Of a DNA stretch of 32,000 nucleotides, positions 1-9,152 are shown piece by piece. The DNA is taken from NCBI GenBank assembly GCA_030526225.1, contig JAUNDF010000016.1:1-32000 (forward strand). The letters are read 5' to 3'. A program made the position numbers and the translations under genes. The first letter of the stretch is position 1. Each line of letters opens with the position of its first letter. The stretch is from Clostridia bacterium (GTDB lineage: Bacteria > Bacillota > Clostridia > Christensenellales > Aristaeellaceae). Under the pieces are notes generated by a model that saw only the letters and a program-made list of their open reading frames with translations, did no database searches and was not told the origin of the DNA.

Positions 1-85
1 GACTCAATCGCTTTTTTGTATACCTTGCGGTCTCACATCAATTGTAAACCTACAACGAAAGTGCGCCAATTCCCCGGCGGGATGT

Positions 86-115
86 TTGCCAATTAACCTA
101 TTTATATGTTATAAT
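86..115 (+). promoter_or_regulatory. candidate sigma-A promoter upstream of smc
   Basis: TTGCCA (86-91), 18-nt spacer, TATAAT (110-115), about 90 nt upstream of the smc ATG. Confidence 0.35.
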
Positions 116-203
116 TATATTTCCGGGATTTTCCGGAAAACCATGCTTTCCCCCTTCTGCCCCCAAAGGACAGAAGCAAGATACAAGACCCCATGGAGGA
201 GCT

Positions 204-3200
204 ATGAAGCTAAAAAAACTGGAGCTGTACGGCTTTAAGTCGTTTGCCCAGCGGACGGAAATCATCTTTGAAAACGGCATCACCGGCATCGTGGGCCCCA
301 ACGGCTCTGGCAAGAGCAACATCGGTGACGCGGTGCGCTGGGTGCTGGGCGAACAGAGCGCCAAAACACTGCGCGGCGCCAGCATGTCCGACGTGATTTT
401 CAACGGCACCCAGAAGCGCAAGCCCCTGGGCTACTGCGAGGTCAGCCTTGTGTTTGACAACGAGGACCACGCCTTGCCCATGGACTTTGCCGAGGTGATG
501 GTCACCCGCCGGGTGTACCGCAACGGCGACAGCGAGTATTTCCTCAACCGTGCAGCCTGCCGGCTGAAGGACATCATCGACCTGTTCCGCGACACGGGCA
601 TCGGCAAGGAGGGCTATTCCATCATCGGTCAGGGCCGCATTGATGAAATTCTCTCCCGCCGCAGTGAGGACCGCCGTCAGGTCTTTGAGGAAGCTGCGGG
701 CATTGTAAAGTTCAAGGCCCGCAAGGAAGAGGCCGACCGCAAGCTGCAGCACACGCTGGAAAATGCCGCCCGTCTGGATGACATCCTCGATGAACTCAAC
801 CGCCAGCTGGCTCCCCTGGAGGAGCAGGCCAAGGCGGCACGGGAATACATCGAGCTGTCTGCGGAGCTGAAGATTCTGGACATGAACCTGTTCCTCATCC
901 GCTCGGATAAGGCCAAGGAGCGCCTGAACGAGCTGGACGGCGAGCTGATTAACATCCGCGCGGTGCTGGCTAACACAGAAGCGGCCCTGAAGGACAAGAC
1001 CGCCGACCGTGACCGTCTGCAGGAGGAAATCACGGGGCTGGAGGAAAAAATCACCGGTGCCCGCAGCGGCCTGCAGGAATGCATGGCGCTGGTGCATCAG
1101 GCGGAAAACGAGGCCACTGCCCTGTCCAGCCGCCGGGAAACCCGCAAGGAGAACCGGGCGCGCATTGAGGAGGAGCAGGCCGAGAGTCTGCGCCGCCTTG
1201 AGGAGCTGGAACAGATTTTCCGGGAGAGCGAGGAAGCATCCCAGAATCATGAGCAGCTGACGGAAGCGGCCGAGGCTGCGCTGGAGCATGCCCGCAATGC
1301 CGCGGAGCATGCACAGGCCGAGGCCGACCGGGCAGAGGAGGAGCTGGAGAATCACAAAACCGCCCTGCTCAACGCCATGAACCGCCTCAGCGCCGTGCGC
1401 AATGACCAGACCAGACTGAAGACCATGCGCGGTCAGATGGAAAACCGCCTGACAGAAATCAGCGCCTCTGCCCAGCAGATGCAGGATGAAGAAGCGCGTC
1501 TGCAGCAGGAGCTGCAGTCGGCACGTCAGCGGCTGGAGGACGAAAAGCAGCTTCAGCAAAAACTGGAGAGCGAGCTGCAGTCCATCCGCAGTTCCTTCCA
1601 GGAGAAGGATGCCGCGCTGATTGCCCTGCGCCGCGACTATGAACAGAAGAACACCGCCCTGCAGCAGGCCGTATCCCGGCACAAGCTGCTGACGGAAATG
1701 ACCCGGGAAATGGAGGGCTACAACAACTCCGTGCGCCGGGCTGTGCAGTATGCCGCCCAGCAGCGCATGCCCGGCGTTCGCAGTGTGCTGGCGCAGCTCA
1801 TTGAGGTGCCCAAACAGTACGAAACAGCCATTGATATGGCACTGGGCGCCGCCATGCAGAACATCGTAACGGAAACGGAGCAGGATGCCAAGCGGCTGAT
1901 TGATTACCTGCGCCAGAACCGGCTGGGCCGTGCCACCTTCCTGCCCATGAGCACCGTGCGTTCCAAGGTGCTCAACGAACGGGAGCGCAAGGCTCTCGGC
2001 ATGAAGGGCTGTCTGGGCGTGGCCAGCGACCTGATTCGCTATGACGAGCAGTACCGCGGCATTGTGGAAAACCTGCTGGGCCGCACCGTCATCGCCCAAA
2101 CGCTGGATGACGGCATCGCCATCACCAAGGCCTGCGGACATACCTTCCGGCTGGTAACGCTGGAGGGTGACGTGATGCACTCCGGCGGTTCCATGACCGG
2201 CGGCTCCACTCAGTCGAAGATGACCAGCCTCCTGTCCCGCGAGCGGGAACTGAAGGAGCTGACCGCAAGGCTGGAGACCGACCGCAAGGCCATGGCAGCG
2301 CTGCAGACGGAGATTGTGGACCTGCAGAAGGAAAAGGACACCCTGCGCACCCAATCCGCCGATGCGCTGGAGAATCTGCATCAGCAGGAAATTGCTGTGG
2401 CCAGAGAGCAGGAGCGCACCGACAACGCCGCCGCCGAGCTGGAAACCCACACCATGCGCCGGGAGCAGACCATGCAGGCCAGCGTGCAGCTGCAGGAATC
2501 CATTGAAGAGATTGACCGCCAGCTGAACGACACCCTGCTGCAATCCGGCGAGGAGGAAGCCAGCCGGGAGAGCATGGAGGAAAAGACCGAGCAGCTGCAG
2601 CAGAAGCTGTCCAAGGCCCGTCAGGAGGCGGCAAGCACCGGCGATGCGCTGATGAACTGCACGTTGAAGCTGGCTGACCTTCGCCACGAGATTGACAGCC
2701 TGCGCCGGGACAAGACCCGCTTTGAGCAGGATAAGCAGAAGGCCGAGGCGGACCGCATCCGCCGGGAACAGCAGCTGCGTGAAATGGATGAGCAGGACGA
2801 GCGCGATGCCGCCGAGGAAGCCGCTTTGATGGCTCAGGCGGAAATGCGCCGGATTGAGCAGCTGCGGCAGGAGAAAATCATCGCCTCCCTGGAGGATGAC
2901 CGCAACACCCGCCAGAAGAAGCTGGGCGAGACCCTGAAGGAAATGGAAGGCCTGCACAGTGCCTTCAGCCGTGATACCGACCATGTGCACCGCGTGGAAA
3001 TGAGCCGCGCCCGTGTGGAGAGCGATCTGAAGCAGATGCAGGACCGCATCTGGAACACCTACGAGGTGACCTATGCCGGGGCTGAGGAATTCCGCGTGCC
3101 GGCTGAGGAGTTCGACCCCGTGGCCTCCGACCGCCGTGCCGCACAGCTGATGAGCCAGATTCGCGCCCTGGGCTCGGTGAACGTGAACGCGGTGGAGGAG

Positions 3201-3773
3201 TATGCCGCCACCAAGGAGCGCGCCGATGAACTGACCGCCCAGCAGAACGACCTGAAGAAGGCCGAGAAGGATTTGCGCGAGCTGATTGAAATGCTGCTGC
3301 AGCAGATGGAGGTCACCTTTGTGGAGAACTTCACCAAGATGCAGGGCTACTTCTCCGAGACCTTTGAGCGGCTGTTCGGCGGCGGCCATGCGGAGCTTCA
3401 GCTGATGGACCCCTCCGATCCGCTGAACTGCGGCATCGAGGTCAACGCCCAGCCCCCGGGAAAGAAGCTGCAGCTGCTGTCGCTGCTTTCCGGCGGCGAG
3501 CGCGCCCTGACGGCCATCGCCATCCTCTTTGCCATGCTGAAGCTGAAGCCCACCCCCTTCTGTATTCTGGACGAAATCGAGGCCGCGCTGGACGATGCCA
3601 ACATCGGCTACTACGCTGATTATCTGAAGGAGTACAGCAAGGACACCCAGTTCATCGTCGTGACCCACCGCAAGGGCACCATGGAGCGCTGCAATTCCCT
3701 GTACGGCGTGGCCATGGAGGAGCAGGGCGTGAGCAAGATGGTGAGCGTGAGCCTGCAGGACTACAAGGAATAA
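204..3773 (+). CDS. smc: chromosome segregation protein SMC
   Basis: 1189-aa ORF. N-terminal Walker A GPNGSGKSN, very long Glu/Leu/Gln/Arg-rich coiled-coil arms, a central hinge, then C-terminal LSGGE signature and Walker B ILDEIEAALD. GGAGGAG RBS lies before the ATG. Stop is TAA. Confidence 0.97.
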   Translation: MKLKKLELYGFKSFAQRTEIIFENGITGIVGPNGSGKSNIGDAVRWVLGEQSAKTLRGASMSDVIFNGTQKRKPLGYCEVSLVFDNEDHALPMDFAEVMVTRRVYRNGDSEYFLNRAACRLKDIIDLFRDTGIGKEGYSIIGQGRIDEILSRRSEDRRQVFEEAAGIVKFKARKEEADRKLQHTLENAARLDDILDELNRQLAPLEEQAKAAREYIELSAELKILDMNLFLIRSDKAKERLNELDGELINIRAVLANTEAALKDKTADRDRLQEEITGLEEKITGARSGLQECMALVHQAENEATALSSRRETRKENRARIEEEQAESLRRLEELEQIFRESEEASQNHEQLTEAAEAALEHARNAAEHAQAEADRAEEELENHKTALLNAMNRLSAVRNDQTRLKTMRGQMENRLTEISASAQQMQDEEARLQQELQSARQRLEDEKQLQQKLESELQSIRSSFQEKDAALIALRRDYEQKNTALQQAVSRHKLLTEMTREMEGYNNSVRRAVQYAAQQRMPGVRSVLAQLIEVPKQYETAIDMALGAAMQNIVTETEQDAKRLIDYLRQNRLGRATFLPMSTVRSKVLNERERKALGMKGCLGVASDLIRYDEQYRGIVENLLGRTVIAQTLDDGIAITKACGHTFRLVTLEGDVMHSGGSMTGGSTQSKMTSLLSRERELKELTARLETDRKAMAALQTEIVDLQKEKDTLRTQSADALENLHQQEIAVAREQERTDNAAAELETHTMRREQTMQASVQLQESIEEIDRQLNDTLLQSGEEEASRESMEEKTEQLQQKLSKARQEAASTGDALMNCTLKLADLRHEIDSLRRDKTRFEQDKQKAEADRIRREQQLREMDEQDERDAAEEAALMAQAEMRRIEQLRQEKIIASLEDDRNTRQKKLGETLKEMEGLHSAFSRDTDHVHRVEMSRARVESDLKQMQDRIWNTYEVTYAGAEEFRVPAEEFDPVASDRRAAQLMSQIRALGSVNVNAVEEYAATKERADELTAQQNDLKKAEKDLRELIEMLLQQMEVTFVENFTKMQGYFSETFERLFGGGHAELQLMDPSDPLNCGIEVNAQPPGKKLQLLSLLSGGERALTAIAILFAMLKLKPTPFCILDEIEAALDDANIGYYADYLKEYSKDTQFIVVTHRKGTMERCNSLYGVAMEEQGVSKMVSVSLQDYKE

Positions 3774-3797
3774 TCCCCCGCAAAATCCCCCATTGTG

Positions 3798-3827
3798 TTG
3801 GACAAGCAGGGGGAATTGTGGTACACT
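3798..3827 (+). promoter_or_regulatory. candidate promoter upstream of the Mrp-family gene
   Basis: TTGGAC (3798-3803), 18-nt spacer ending in TG, TACACT (3822-3827). Confidence 0.3.
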
Positions 3828-3922
3828 AACTTCCGGCAAGGGTGTCCCTCGGGATGTTCTTTAATCAAGCCGACACACGGATACCCGTTGTGCATAGAAT
3901 GATTTTAAGGAGATATTGCGTT

Positions 3923-4744
3923 ATGTCTGATTGCAATCACGATTGCTCCAATTGCGCAAGCAAGTGCGGCAGTGCGCAGCCTGAAAGCCTGCTGGCACCC
4001 AGCAATGCCTTCAGCAATGTGAAGAAAGTAATCGGCGTTGTCAGCGGCAAGGGCGGCGTGGGCAAGAGCCTGGTCACCGGTTTGATGGCAACCCTGATGC
4101 AGCGCCGCGGCCACAAGGCAGCCATTCTGGATGCCGATATCACCGGCCCTTCCATCCCCAAGATGTTTGGCGTAAACGAAAAGGCCATGGGCTGCGATGA
4201 CGGCATCCTGCCCGCGGAAACCAAGACCGGCGTGAAGCTGATGTCCATCAACCTCCTGCTGGAGCACGATACCGACCCCGTCATCTGGCGCGGCAGCCTG
4301 ATTGCCGGCACCGTGAAGCAGTTCTGGAGCGATGTGCTGTGGGGTGATGTGGACTACATGTTCGTCGATATGCCTCCGGGAACGGGCGATGTGCCCCTGA
4401 CCGTGTTCCAGTCCCTGCCTGTGGACGGCATCATCATCGTCACCAGCCCTCAGGAGCTGGTGGGCATGATTGTGGAAAAGGCTGTGAACATGGCCAGGAT
4501 GATGAACGTGCCCGTGCTGGGTCTGGTGGAAAACATGGCTTACATCCAGTGCCCCGACTGCAGCAAAAAGCTGTATCCCTTCGGCGAGGGCAAGACCATG
4601 GAGGTTGCTCAGGCACACTCTCTGGCCTTCCTGGGTCAGATTCCCATCGACCCCGCCATCGCCAAGGCCTGCGACAGCGGTCTGGTGGAGCTGTTTAACG
4701 AAAATTATCTGGACGGCGCAGTCACCGTGGCCGAGAATATCTGA
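3923..4744 (+). CDS. mrp: Mrp/NBP35 (ApbC-like) Fe-S cluster carrier ATPase
   Basis: Start chosen at ATG 3923, with AAGGAG at 3907-3912. The ORF-track start at 3842 has no RBS. Cys-rich N-terminus CNHDCSNCASKC, deviant Walker A GKGGVGKS, C-terminal CPDC motif. Stop is TGA. Confidence 0.9.
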   Translation: MSDCNHDCSNCASKCGSAQPESLLAPSNAFSNVKKVIGVVSGKGGVGKSLVTGLMATLMQRRGHKAAILDADITGPSIPKMFGVNEKAMGCDDGILPAETKTGVKLMSINLLLEHDTDPVIWRGSLIAGTVKQFWSDVLWGDVDYMFVDMPPGTGDVPLTVFQSLPVDGIIIVTSPQELVGMIVEKAVNMARMMNVPVLGLVENMAYIQCPDCSKKLYPFGEGKTMEVAQAHSLAFLGQIPIDPAIAKACDSGLVELFNENYLDGAVTVAENI

Positions 4745-4761
4745 ATATAACAGAAAGCAAG

Positions 4762-4800
4762 CCCCTCTGTCGGCGTGATGACCGGCAGAGGGGTTTGTTT
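4762..4800 (+). terminator. Rho-independent terminator after the Mrp-family gene
   Basis: CCCCTCTGTCGG (4762-4773) pairs with CCGGCAGAGGGG (4782-4793), one G-U pair, followed by TTTGTTT. Confidence 0.7.
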
Positions 4801-4835
4801 GGCAATAAATATAGAATGTTTCCGTTTTCATGAAC

Positions 4836-4868
4836 AAAAAAGAGAACCGCGGGCAGTCCGCGGCTCTC
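4836..4868 (-). terminator. Rho-independent terminator after uxaC (minus strand)
   Basis: On the minus strand, GAGAGCCGCGG-actgc-CCGCGGTTCTC followed by TTTTTT. Confidence 0.7.
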
Positions 4869-4884
4869 ATGGGTATGGGGTTGA

Positions 4885-6297
4885 TTACTTCTTCTCCGCA
4901 AAGCCGAAGTAGTTCTTGGCATTCTGATAGCTGATGCCGCGGACGATTTCGGTCAGGGCCTTTTCGTCATCGGGATAGAAGCCGTCTTCCACCCACTGGC
5001 CGATGAGGCGGCACAGGATGCGGCGGAAGTACTCGTGGCGGGGATAGGAGAGGAAGGAACGGCTGTCGGTGAGCATGCCCACGAAGCCGGCCAGATAGCC
5101 CAGGTTGCCCAGGCTGGTCAGCTGGTTGGTCATGCCGGTGAAGTTGTCATTGAACCACCATGCAGAGCCGTGCTGAACCTTGCTGACGGCCTCGCTGGAC
5201 TGGAAGCAGCCGCAAATGGTGTCGATGGCCTGATCATCACCGGGGTTGAGGCTGTAGATGATGGTCTTGGGCAGATTGCCGTTCTTGGCCAGGGCATTCA
5301 GGTAGCCGGCCAGCTGATCGACGGGAGCGAAGTTGTTGATGCAGTCATAGCCGGTATCCGGGCCCAGCTTGCCGTACATGATTTCGTTGTTGTCGCGGCG
5401 GCAGCCGTAGTGCAGCTGCATGGTCCAGTTGCACTTGGCGTACTCGGCACCGATGAACACCATGAACTGGGTTTTGAACAGCTCTACCTCCAGGGCATCC
5501 ACATCGCCGCCGGCCAGACGCTTGCGCAGGATTTCGTCAGCCTTTTCATCGGTGGCGGCGGGGTTGTAGGTCACATAGTTCACACCGTGGTCGCTCAGGC
5601 AGCAGCCGTTGGCGGTGAAGTAATCCATGCGGTTGACCAGGGCGGCCTTCAGGTCTTCCCAGGTGTTGATGGCAATGCCGGAAACAGCGGCCAGCTTGGC
5701 GATGTAATCGGCAAAGTCAGGCTTTTCGATGTTCATGGCCTTGTCGGGGCGCCATGCGGGCAGCACCTGAGTCTTGATGGTCTTGTCGGCGGCCAGCTTC
5801 TGATGCCATTCCAGGGTATCGATGGGGTCGTCGGTGGTGCAGATGAGCTCCACGTTGCTCTGCTCAATCAGGCCGCGGACGGACATGTTGGCTTCCTGCA
5901 GCTTGGCGTTGCACAGGTTCCACACTTCCTCGGCGGTGTCCTTGTTCAGCAGACCCTGATAGCCGAAGAAATTGCGCAGCTCCAGATGGGTCCAGTGATA
6001 CAGGGGGTTGCCGATGCCCTTGCCGATAACCTCGGCCCACTTGAGGAACTTGTCATGCTCGGGTGCATCGCCGGTGATGTACTTTTCGTCCACGCCGGCA
6101 CAGCGCATCAGGCGCCACTTGTAGTGGTCGCCGCCCAGCCATACCTGGAAGATGTTGTCATAGCGGCGGTCCTCGTAGATTTCACGGGGGTTGATGTGGC
6201 AGTGATAGTCGATGATGGGGCAGGCTGCGGCCACCTCGTGGTACAGCTTGCGGGCGGTGGGGGTGTTGAGCAGGAAGTCCTTGTCCATGAAAGCCAT
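4885..6297 (-). CDS. uxaC: glucuronate/galacturonate (uronate) isomerase
   Basis: Collinear with E. coli UxaC as I recall it: DFLL..ARxLYH, DYHCH, GDHYKWR, GNPLYHWTHLELR, TTDDP, LPxWRPDKA, MLTDSRSFLSYxRHEYFRRILC. Start set at ATG 6297, with AAAGGAGA 8 nt upstream. Stop is TAA. Confidence 0.95.
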   Translation of the reverse strand: MAFMDKDFLLNTPTARKLYHEVAAACPIIDYHCHINPREIYEDRRYDNIFQVWLGGDHYKWRLMRCAGVDEKYITGDAPEHDKFLKWAEVIGKGIGNPLYHWTHLELRNFFGYQGLLNKDTAEEVWNLCNAKLQEANMSVRGLIEQSNVELICTTDDPIDTLEWHQKLAADKTIKTQVLPAWRPDKAMNIEKPDFADYIAKLAAVSGIAINTWEDLKAALVNRMDYFTANGCCLSDHGVNYVTYNPAATDEKADEILRKRLAGGDVDALEVELFKTQFMVFIGAEYAKCNWTMQLHYGCRRDNNEIMYGKLGPDTGYDCINNFAPVDQLAGYLNALAKNGNLPKTIIYSLNPGDDQAIDTICGCFQSSEAVSKVQHGSAWWFNDNFTGMTNQLTSLGNLGYLAGFVGMLTDSRSFLSYPRHEYFRRILCRLIGQWVEDGFYPDDEKALTEIVRGISYQNAKNYFGFAEKK

Positions 6298-6398
6298 TGG
6301 AATGATCTCCTTTCGGTTGCAGGTCATGGTGTTTTATGATGCAAGAAAGGCTGCCCGTGGGCAAAGCCTTTGCTATCGGGAAGGGAATGATACGGGGG

Positions 6399-7406
6399 TT
6401 ACCGGGTGCTGCCCCGGCGGATGAGGGAACCGGCAAACACGGTGGTCTGCGGTGCCTCCTGCCCGTTCAGGACAGACAGAAGCACGCGGACGGATTCCCG
6501 GCAGATGCTTTGCAGCTTCACATCCACGCTGCTCAGCTCCGGCTCGGTAAACAGGCAGCTGGGGGTGTTGTTGTAGCCGATGATGCTGATGTCTTCGGGG
6601 ATTTTCAGCCCGCGGCTGTTGGCAAACTTGATGGCACCGGCGGCTAATTCATCCTCGGAGGTGAACACGGCATCGAACCGGAGCCCACCGCTGTACAGCT
6701 CCTCCAGCGTATCCCGCACCGCAGGGACGGATACGGCATCCTCGGGGATGAAGCGGATGAGCGCCTCATCGATGGCGATGCCGGCGCGGGTCAGGGCATC
6801 CCTGTAGCCGGCCAGCTTTTTGCGGCCGTTGTGGTTCTGGGAGTGGTACAGGTACAGGATGCGTTGGCAGCCGCTGTCAATCAGTGCCTTCACGGCCTCG
6901 GCGCTGGTGCGCTCCTGATCGCCGATGACGCCGTACACATTCTCCGCAGCCAGCGTGGCATTGAGTATTACAATAGGAAGCTTTTCCGCCGCCTGACGGA
7001 TGTAGGCGTTGTCCTCGTCATTTTCCTCCACAAAGGTGGAGCCCATGAGGATGATGCCGTCCACCTTGCGGCTGACCAGCTGCTCCAGCCCTTCCGCGCG
7101 GCCTGCCAAGGTGCGGCCGCAGCAGGTGAGGAGGCAGTTGTAGTTCTCCGCCCGAAGCTATGACTCCAGAAAGGACAGCGCCCGGGACTGGAAGCTGTCG
7201 GCGGCGTTGGGGCAAAGCAGGCCGATGGTCTGCATGCTGTTCAGACCAAGGCCGCGGGCGAAGGCGTTGGGCACATAGCCGCATTCCTTCATTACCGCCA
7301 GCACACGCTCCCGGGTTTCCTTGCCCACCCGGGGAGAGTTGTTGAGGATGCGGGAAACGGTGGCAATGGAGACGCCGGCTTTTTCGGAAATGTCGTAGAT
7401 GTTCAT
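6399..7406 (-). CDS. LacI-family transcriptional regulator of the hexuronate locus, with one in-frame TAG (a pseudogene under standard code 11)
   Basis: ORFs 7158..7472 and 6399..7109 are in the same frame. The first carries the HTH MNIYDISEKAGVSIATVSRILNN. The second is a periplasmic-binding-protein-like core. They are separated only by TAG at 7158-7160. Read-through gives ...SFLES-TAG-LRAENYNCLLTCCGRTLAGRAEGLEQLVSRKVDGIILMG..., which is collinear with LacI/CcpA/PurR architecture. ATG at 7406 with an AAAGGAG RBS. Final stop is TAA. Confidence 0.85.
7158..7160 (-). other. in-frame TAG codon inside the LacI-family gene
   Basis: Plus strand reads cta, so the minus-strand codon is TAG. The flanking codons on both sides continue the same LacI-family reading frame. 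Confidence 0.95.
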
Positions 7407-7462
7407 GGGCTGGCGGCGGCTCCTTTCGACTGCTTTATCATTGTTTGATAATTGACAGATAA

Positions 7463-7478
7463 ATGTAAACACTTACAT
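7463..7478. promoter_or_regulatory. LacI/CcpA-type operator dyad (cre-like) in the regulator leader
   Basis: ATGTAA-ACAC-TTACAT is a perfect 6-4-6 inverted repeat. The core TGTAAACACTTACA differs from the cre consensus TGWNANCGNTNWCA only at the central G. Confidence 0.5.
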
Positions 7479-7488
7479 ATCCGCATTT

Positions 7489-7517
7489 ATTATACACGAT
7501 AAGCGGGTGCGATGCAA
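7489..7517 (-). promoter_or_regulatory. candidate promoter of the LacI-family gene (minus strand)
   Basis: On the minus strand, TTGCAT (7517-7512), 17-nt spacer, TATAAT (7494-7489). The dyad at 7463-7478 lies just downstream of the predicted start site. Confidence 0.35.
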
Positions 7518-7577
7518 GATGAAAACAGAAAACTTTGGAAAATACGGCAAAAATTTTCCGGAAATCAACAATGGTGA

Positions 7578-7606
7578 TTGACAAACAAACCGGGGGAGAG
7601 TACAAT
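7578..7606 (+). promoter_or_regulatory. sigma-A promoter of uxaB-uxaA-eda-kdgK
   Basis: TTGACA (7578-7583), 17-nt spacer, TACAAT (7601-7606). Confidence 0.6.
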
Positions 7607-7614
7607 GAAAATGT

Positions 7615-7636
7615 GTGTGGTAAAGCACTTACACAC
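7615..7636. promoter_or_regulatory. second cre/LacI-like operator at the uxaB transcription start
   Basis: GTGTGGTAAAGCACTTACACAC shares GTAAA(g)CACTTACA with the 7463-7478 dyad and starts 9 nt after the -10 box. Confidence 0.45.
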
Positions 7637-7678
7637 CATGAAATTCAAAGCTTCCAACCATATTTTAGGAGGATGACC

Positions 7679-9151
7679 ATGGAAAAGATCAACGAAGGCG
7701 GCCGCGCCATTGTCAAGCGCCCGGTCAAGGTACTGCAGTTCGGCGAGGGCAACTTCCTTCGCGCATTTGTCGATTACATGATTGACATTGCCAACGAGAA
7801 GACCGATCTGGATGCCGGCATCGTGCTGGTCAAGCCCATCACCTTCGGCAGCCTGGAGGGCTTCCGCAAGCAGGACAATCTGTATACCGTGATGCTCCGC
7901 GGTCTGGTAGACGGTGTGGCCACCGAGCAGAGCCGCATGATCACCTCCGTGCAGGATACCGTTGATGCCTATGCCGAGTACGAAAAGTACAGCGACTACG
8001 CCAAGCTGGATACCCTGCGCTATATCGTTTCCAACACCACCGAGGCCGGCATTGTGCTGGATGAATCCGACAAGCTGGAGCTGTGCCCGCCCAACACCTA
8101 CCCCGGCAAGCTGTGCAAGTTCCTGTATGAGCGCGCCGAGGCCTTCGACTATGCCGAGGACAAGGGCCTGATTATGCTGCCCGTGGAGCTGATTGACGAC
8201 AACGGCATCAAGCTGAAGGAATGCGTGCTGGCTCTGGCCAAGCTGTGGAACCTGGGCGACAAGTTCATCAACTGGCTCAACACCGCCTGCGTATTCACCT
8301 CCACACTGGTGGACCGCATCGTGACCGGCGCCATCCGCGACGAGAATGAGCGTCAGGCTGCATGGGAAAAGATTGGCTACGAGGACCAGATGCTGGTCAC
8401 CGGCGAGCCCTTCGCCCTGTGGGTCATCGAATCTCCCCGCGACCTGTCCGACGAGCTGCCCCTGCCCCAGTGCGGCCTGCCCGTCATCTACACCGACAAC
8501 CAGAAGCCCTACAAGCAGCGCAAGGTGCGCATCCTCAACGGTGCCCACACCTCCTTCGTGCCCGCTGCCTTCCAGTGCGGCTATGACATCGTGCTCGATG
8601 CCATGCATGACGACCTGATCAAGAACTTCATGCAGAAGACCCTGTATGATGAAGTCATTCCCACCTTGGCCCTGCCCAAGGAAGACCTGATGAGCTTCGC
8701 CGAGGCTGTGACCGGCCGCTTTGAGAATCCCTTCATCAAGCACCGTCTGCTGGATATCTGCCTCAACTCCGTCAGCAAGTGGCGCGCCCGCTGCATGCCC
8801 AGCCTGCTGGGTTATGTGGAAAAGACCGGTGAGCTGCCCGCCCGCCTGACCTTCTCCCTGGCCAGCCTGATGGCCCTGTACCACGGCGGCGAGCTGAAGG
8901 ACGGCGTGCTGGTGTGCAGCCGCAACGGCGAAGCCTACACCCTGAAGGATGATGCCGATGTGCTGGCCTTCTTCGCCGAGGGCAACAGCAAGCCCGCCGA
9001 CGAGCTGGTGCATGCCTTCCTGTCCTCCGAGCATTTCTTCGGCCAGGACCTGACCGCCATCCCCGGTCTGGAGGCTTCCGTGCTGGCCAGCTACAAGGAC
9101 ATCCTCGCCCGCGGTATGAAGGCCGTGATGACCGAAAAGTTCGGAGGCTGA
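7679..9151 (+). CDS. uxaB: tagaturonate reductase (altronate oxidoreductase)
   Basis: Collinear with E. coli UxaB as I recall it: QFGEGNFLRAFVD, SNTTEAGI, STLVDRIVTG, KxRILNGAHT, AVTGRFxNPxIKH, LPARLTF. Start at ATG 7679, 6 nt after AGGAGG. Stop is TGA. Confidence 0.92.
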   Translation: MEKINEGGRAIVKRPVKVLQFGEGNFLRAFVDYMIDIANEKTDLDAGIVLVKPITFGSLEGFRKQDNLYTVMLRGLVDGVATEQSRMITSVQDTVDAYAEYEKYSDYAKLDTLRYIVSNTTEAGIVLDESDKLELCPPNTYPGKLCKFLYERAEAFDYAEDKGLIMLPVELIDDNGIKLKECVLALAKLWNLGDKFINWLNTACVFTSTLVDRIVTGAIRDENERQAAWEKIGYEDQMLVTGEPFALWVIESPRDLSDELPLPQCGLPVIYTDNQKPYKQRKVRILNGAHTSFVPAAFQCGYDIVLDAMHDDLIKNFMQKTLYDEVIPTLALPKEDLMSFAEAVTGRFENPFIKHRLLDICLNSVSKWRARCMPSLLGYVEKTGELPARLTFSLASLMALYHGGELKDGVLVCSRNGEAYTLKDDADVLAFFAEGNSKPADELVHAFLSSEHFFGQDLTAIPGLEASVLASYKDILARGMKAVMTEKFGG

Positions 9152-9152
9152 T

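Noticed and set aside
210-3839. 1209-aa ORF antisense to smc.
   Set aside because: It mirrors the smc frame exactly. Its translation is low-complexity (Leu/Gln/Ala/Gly/His-rich) with no motifs. Stop-free antisense frames are expected in GC-rich, GC3-biased genes.
6346-6371. Hairpin AAAGGCTGCCC...GGGCAAAGCCTTT between the LacI-family gene and uxaC as a terminator.
   Set aside because: The stem is bulged and no U-tract follows on the minus strand. No separate promoter or operator is visible upstream of uxaC, so co-transcription with the regulator seems as likely.
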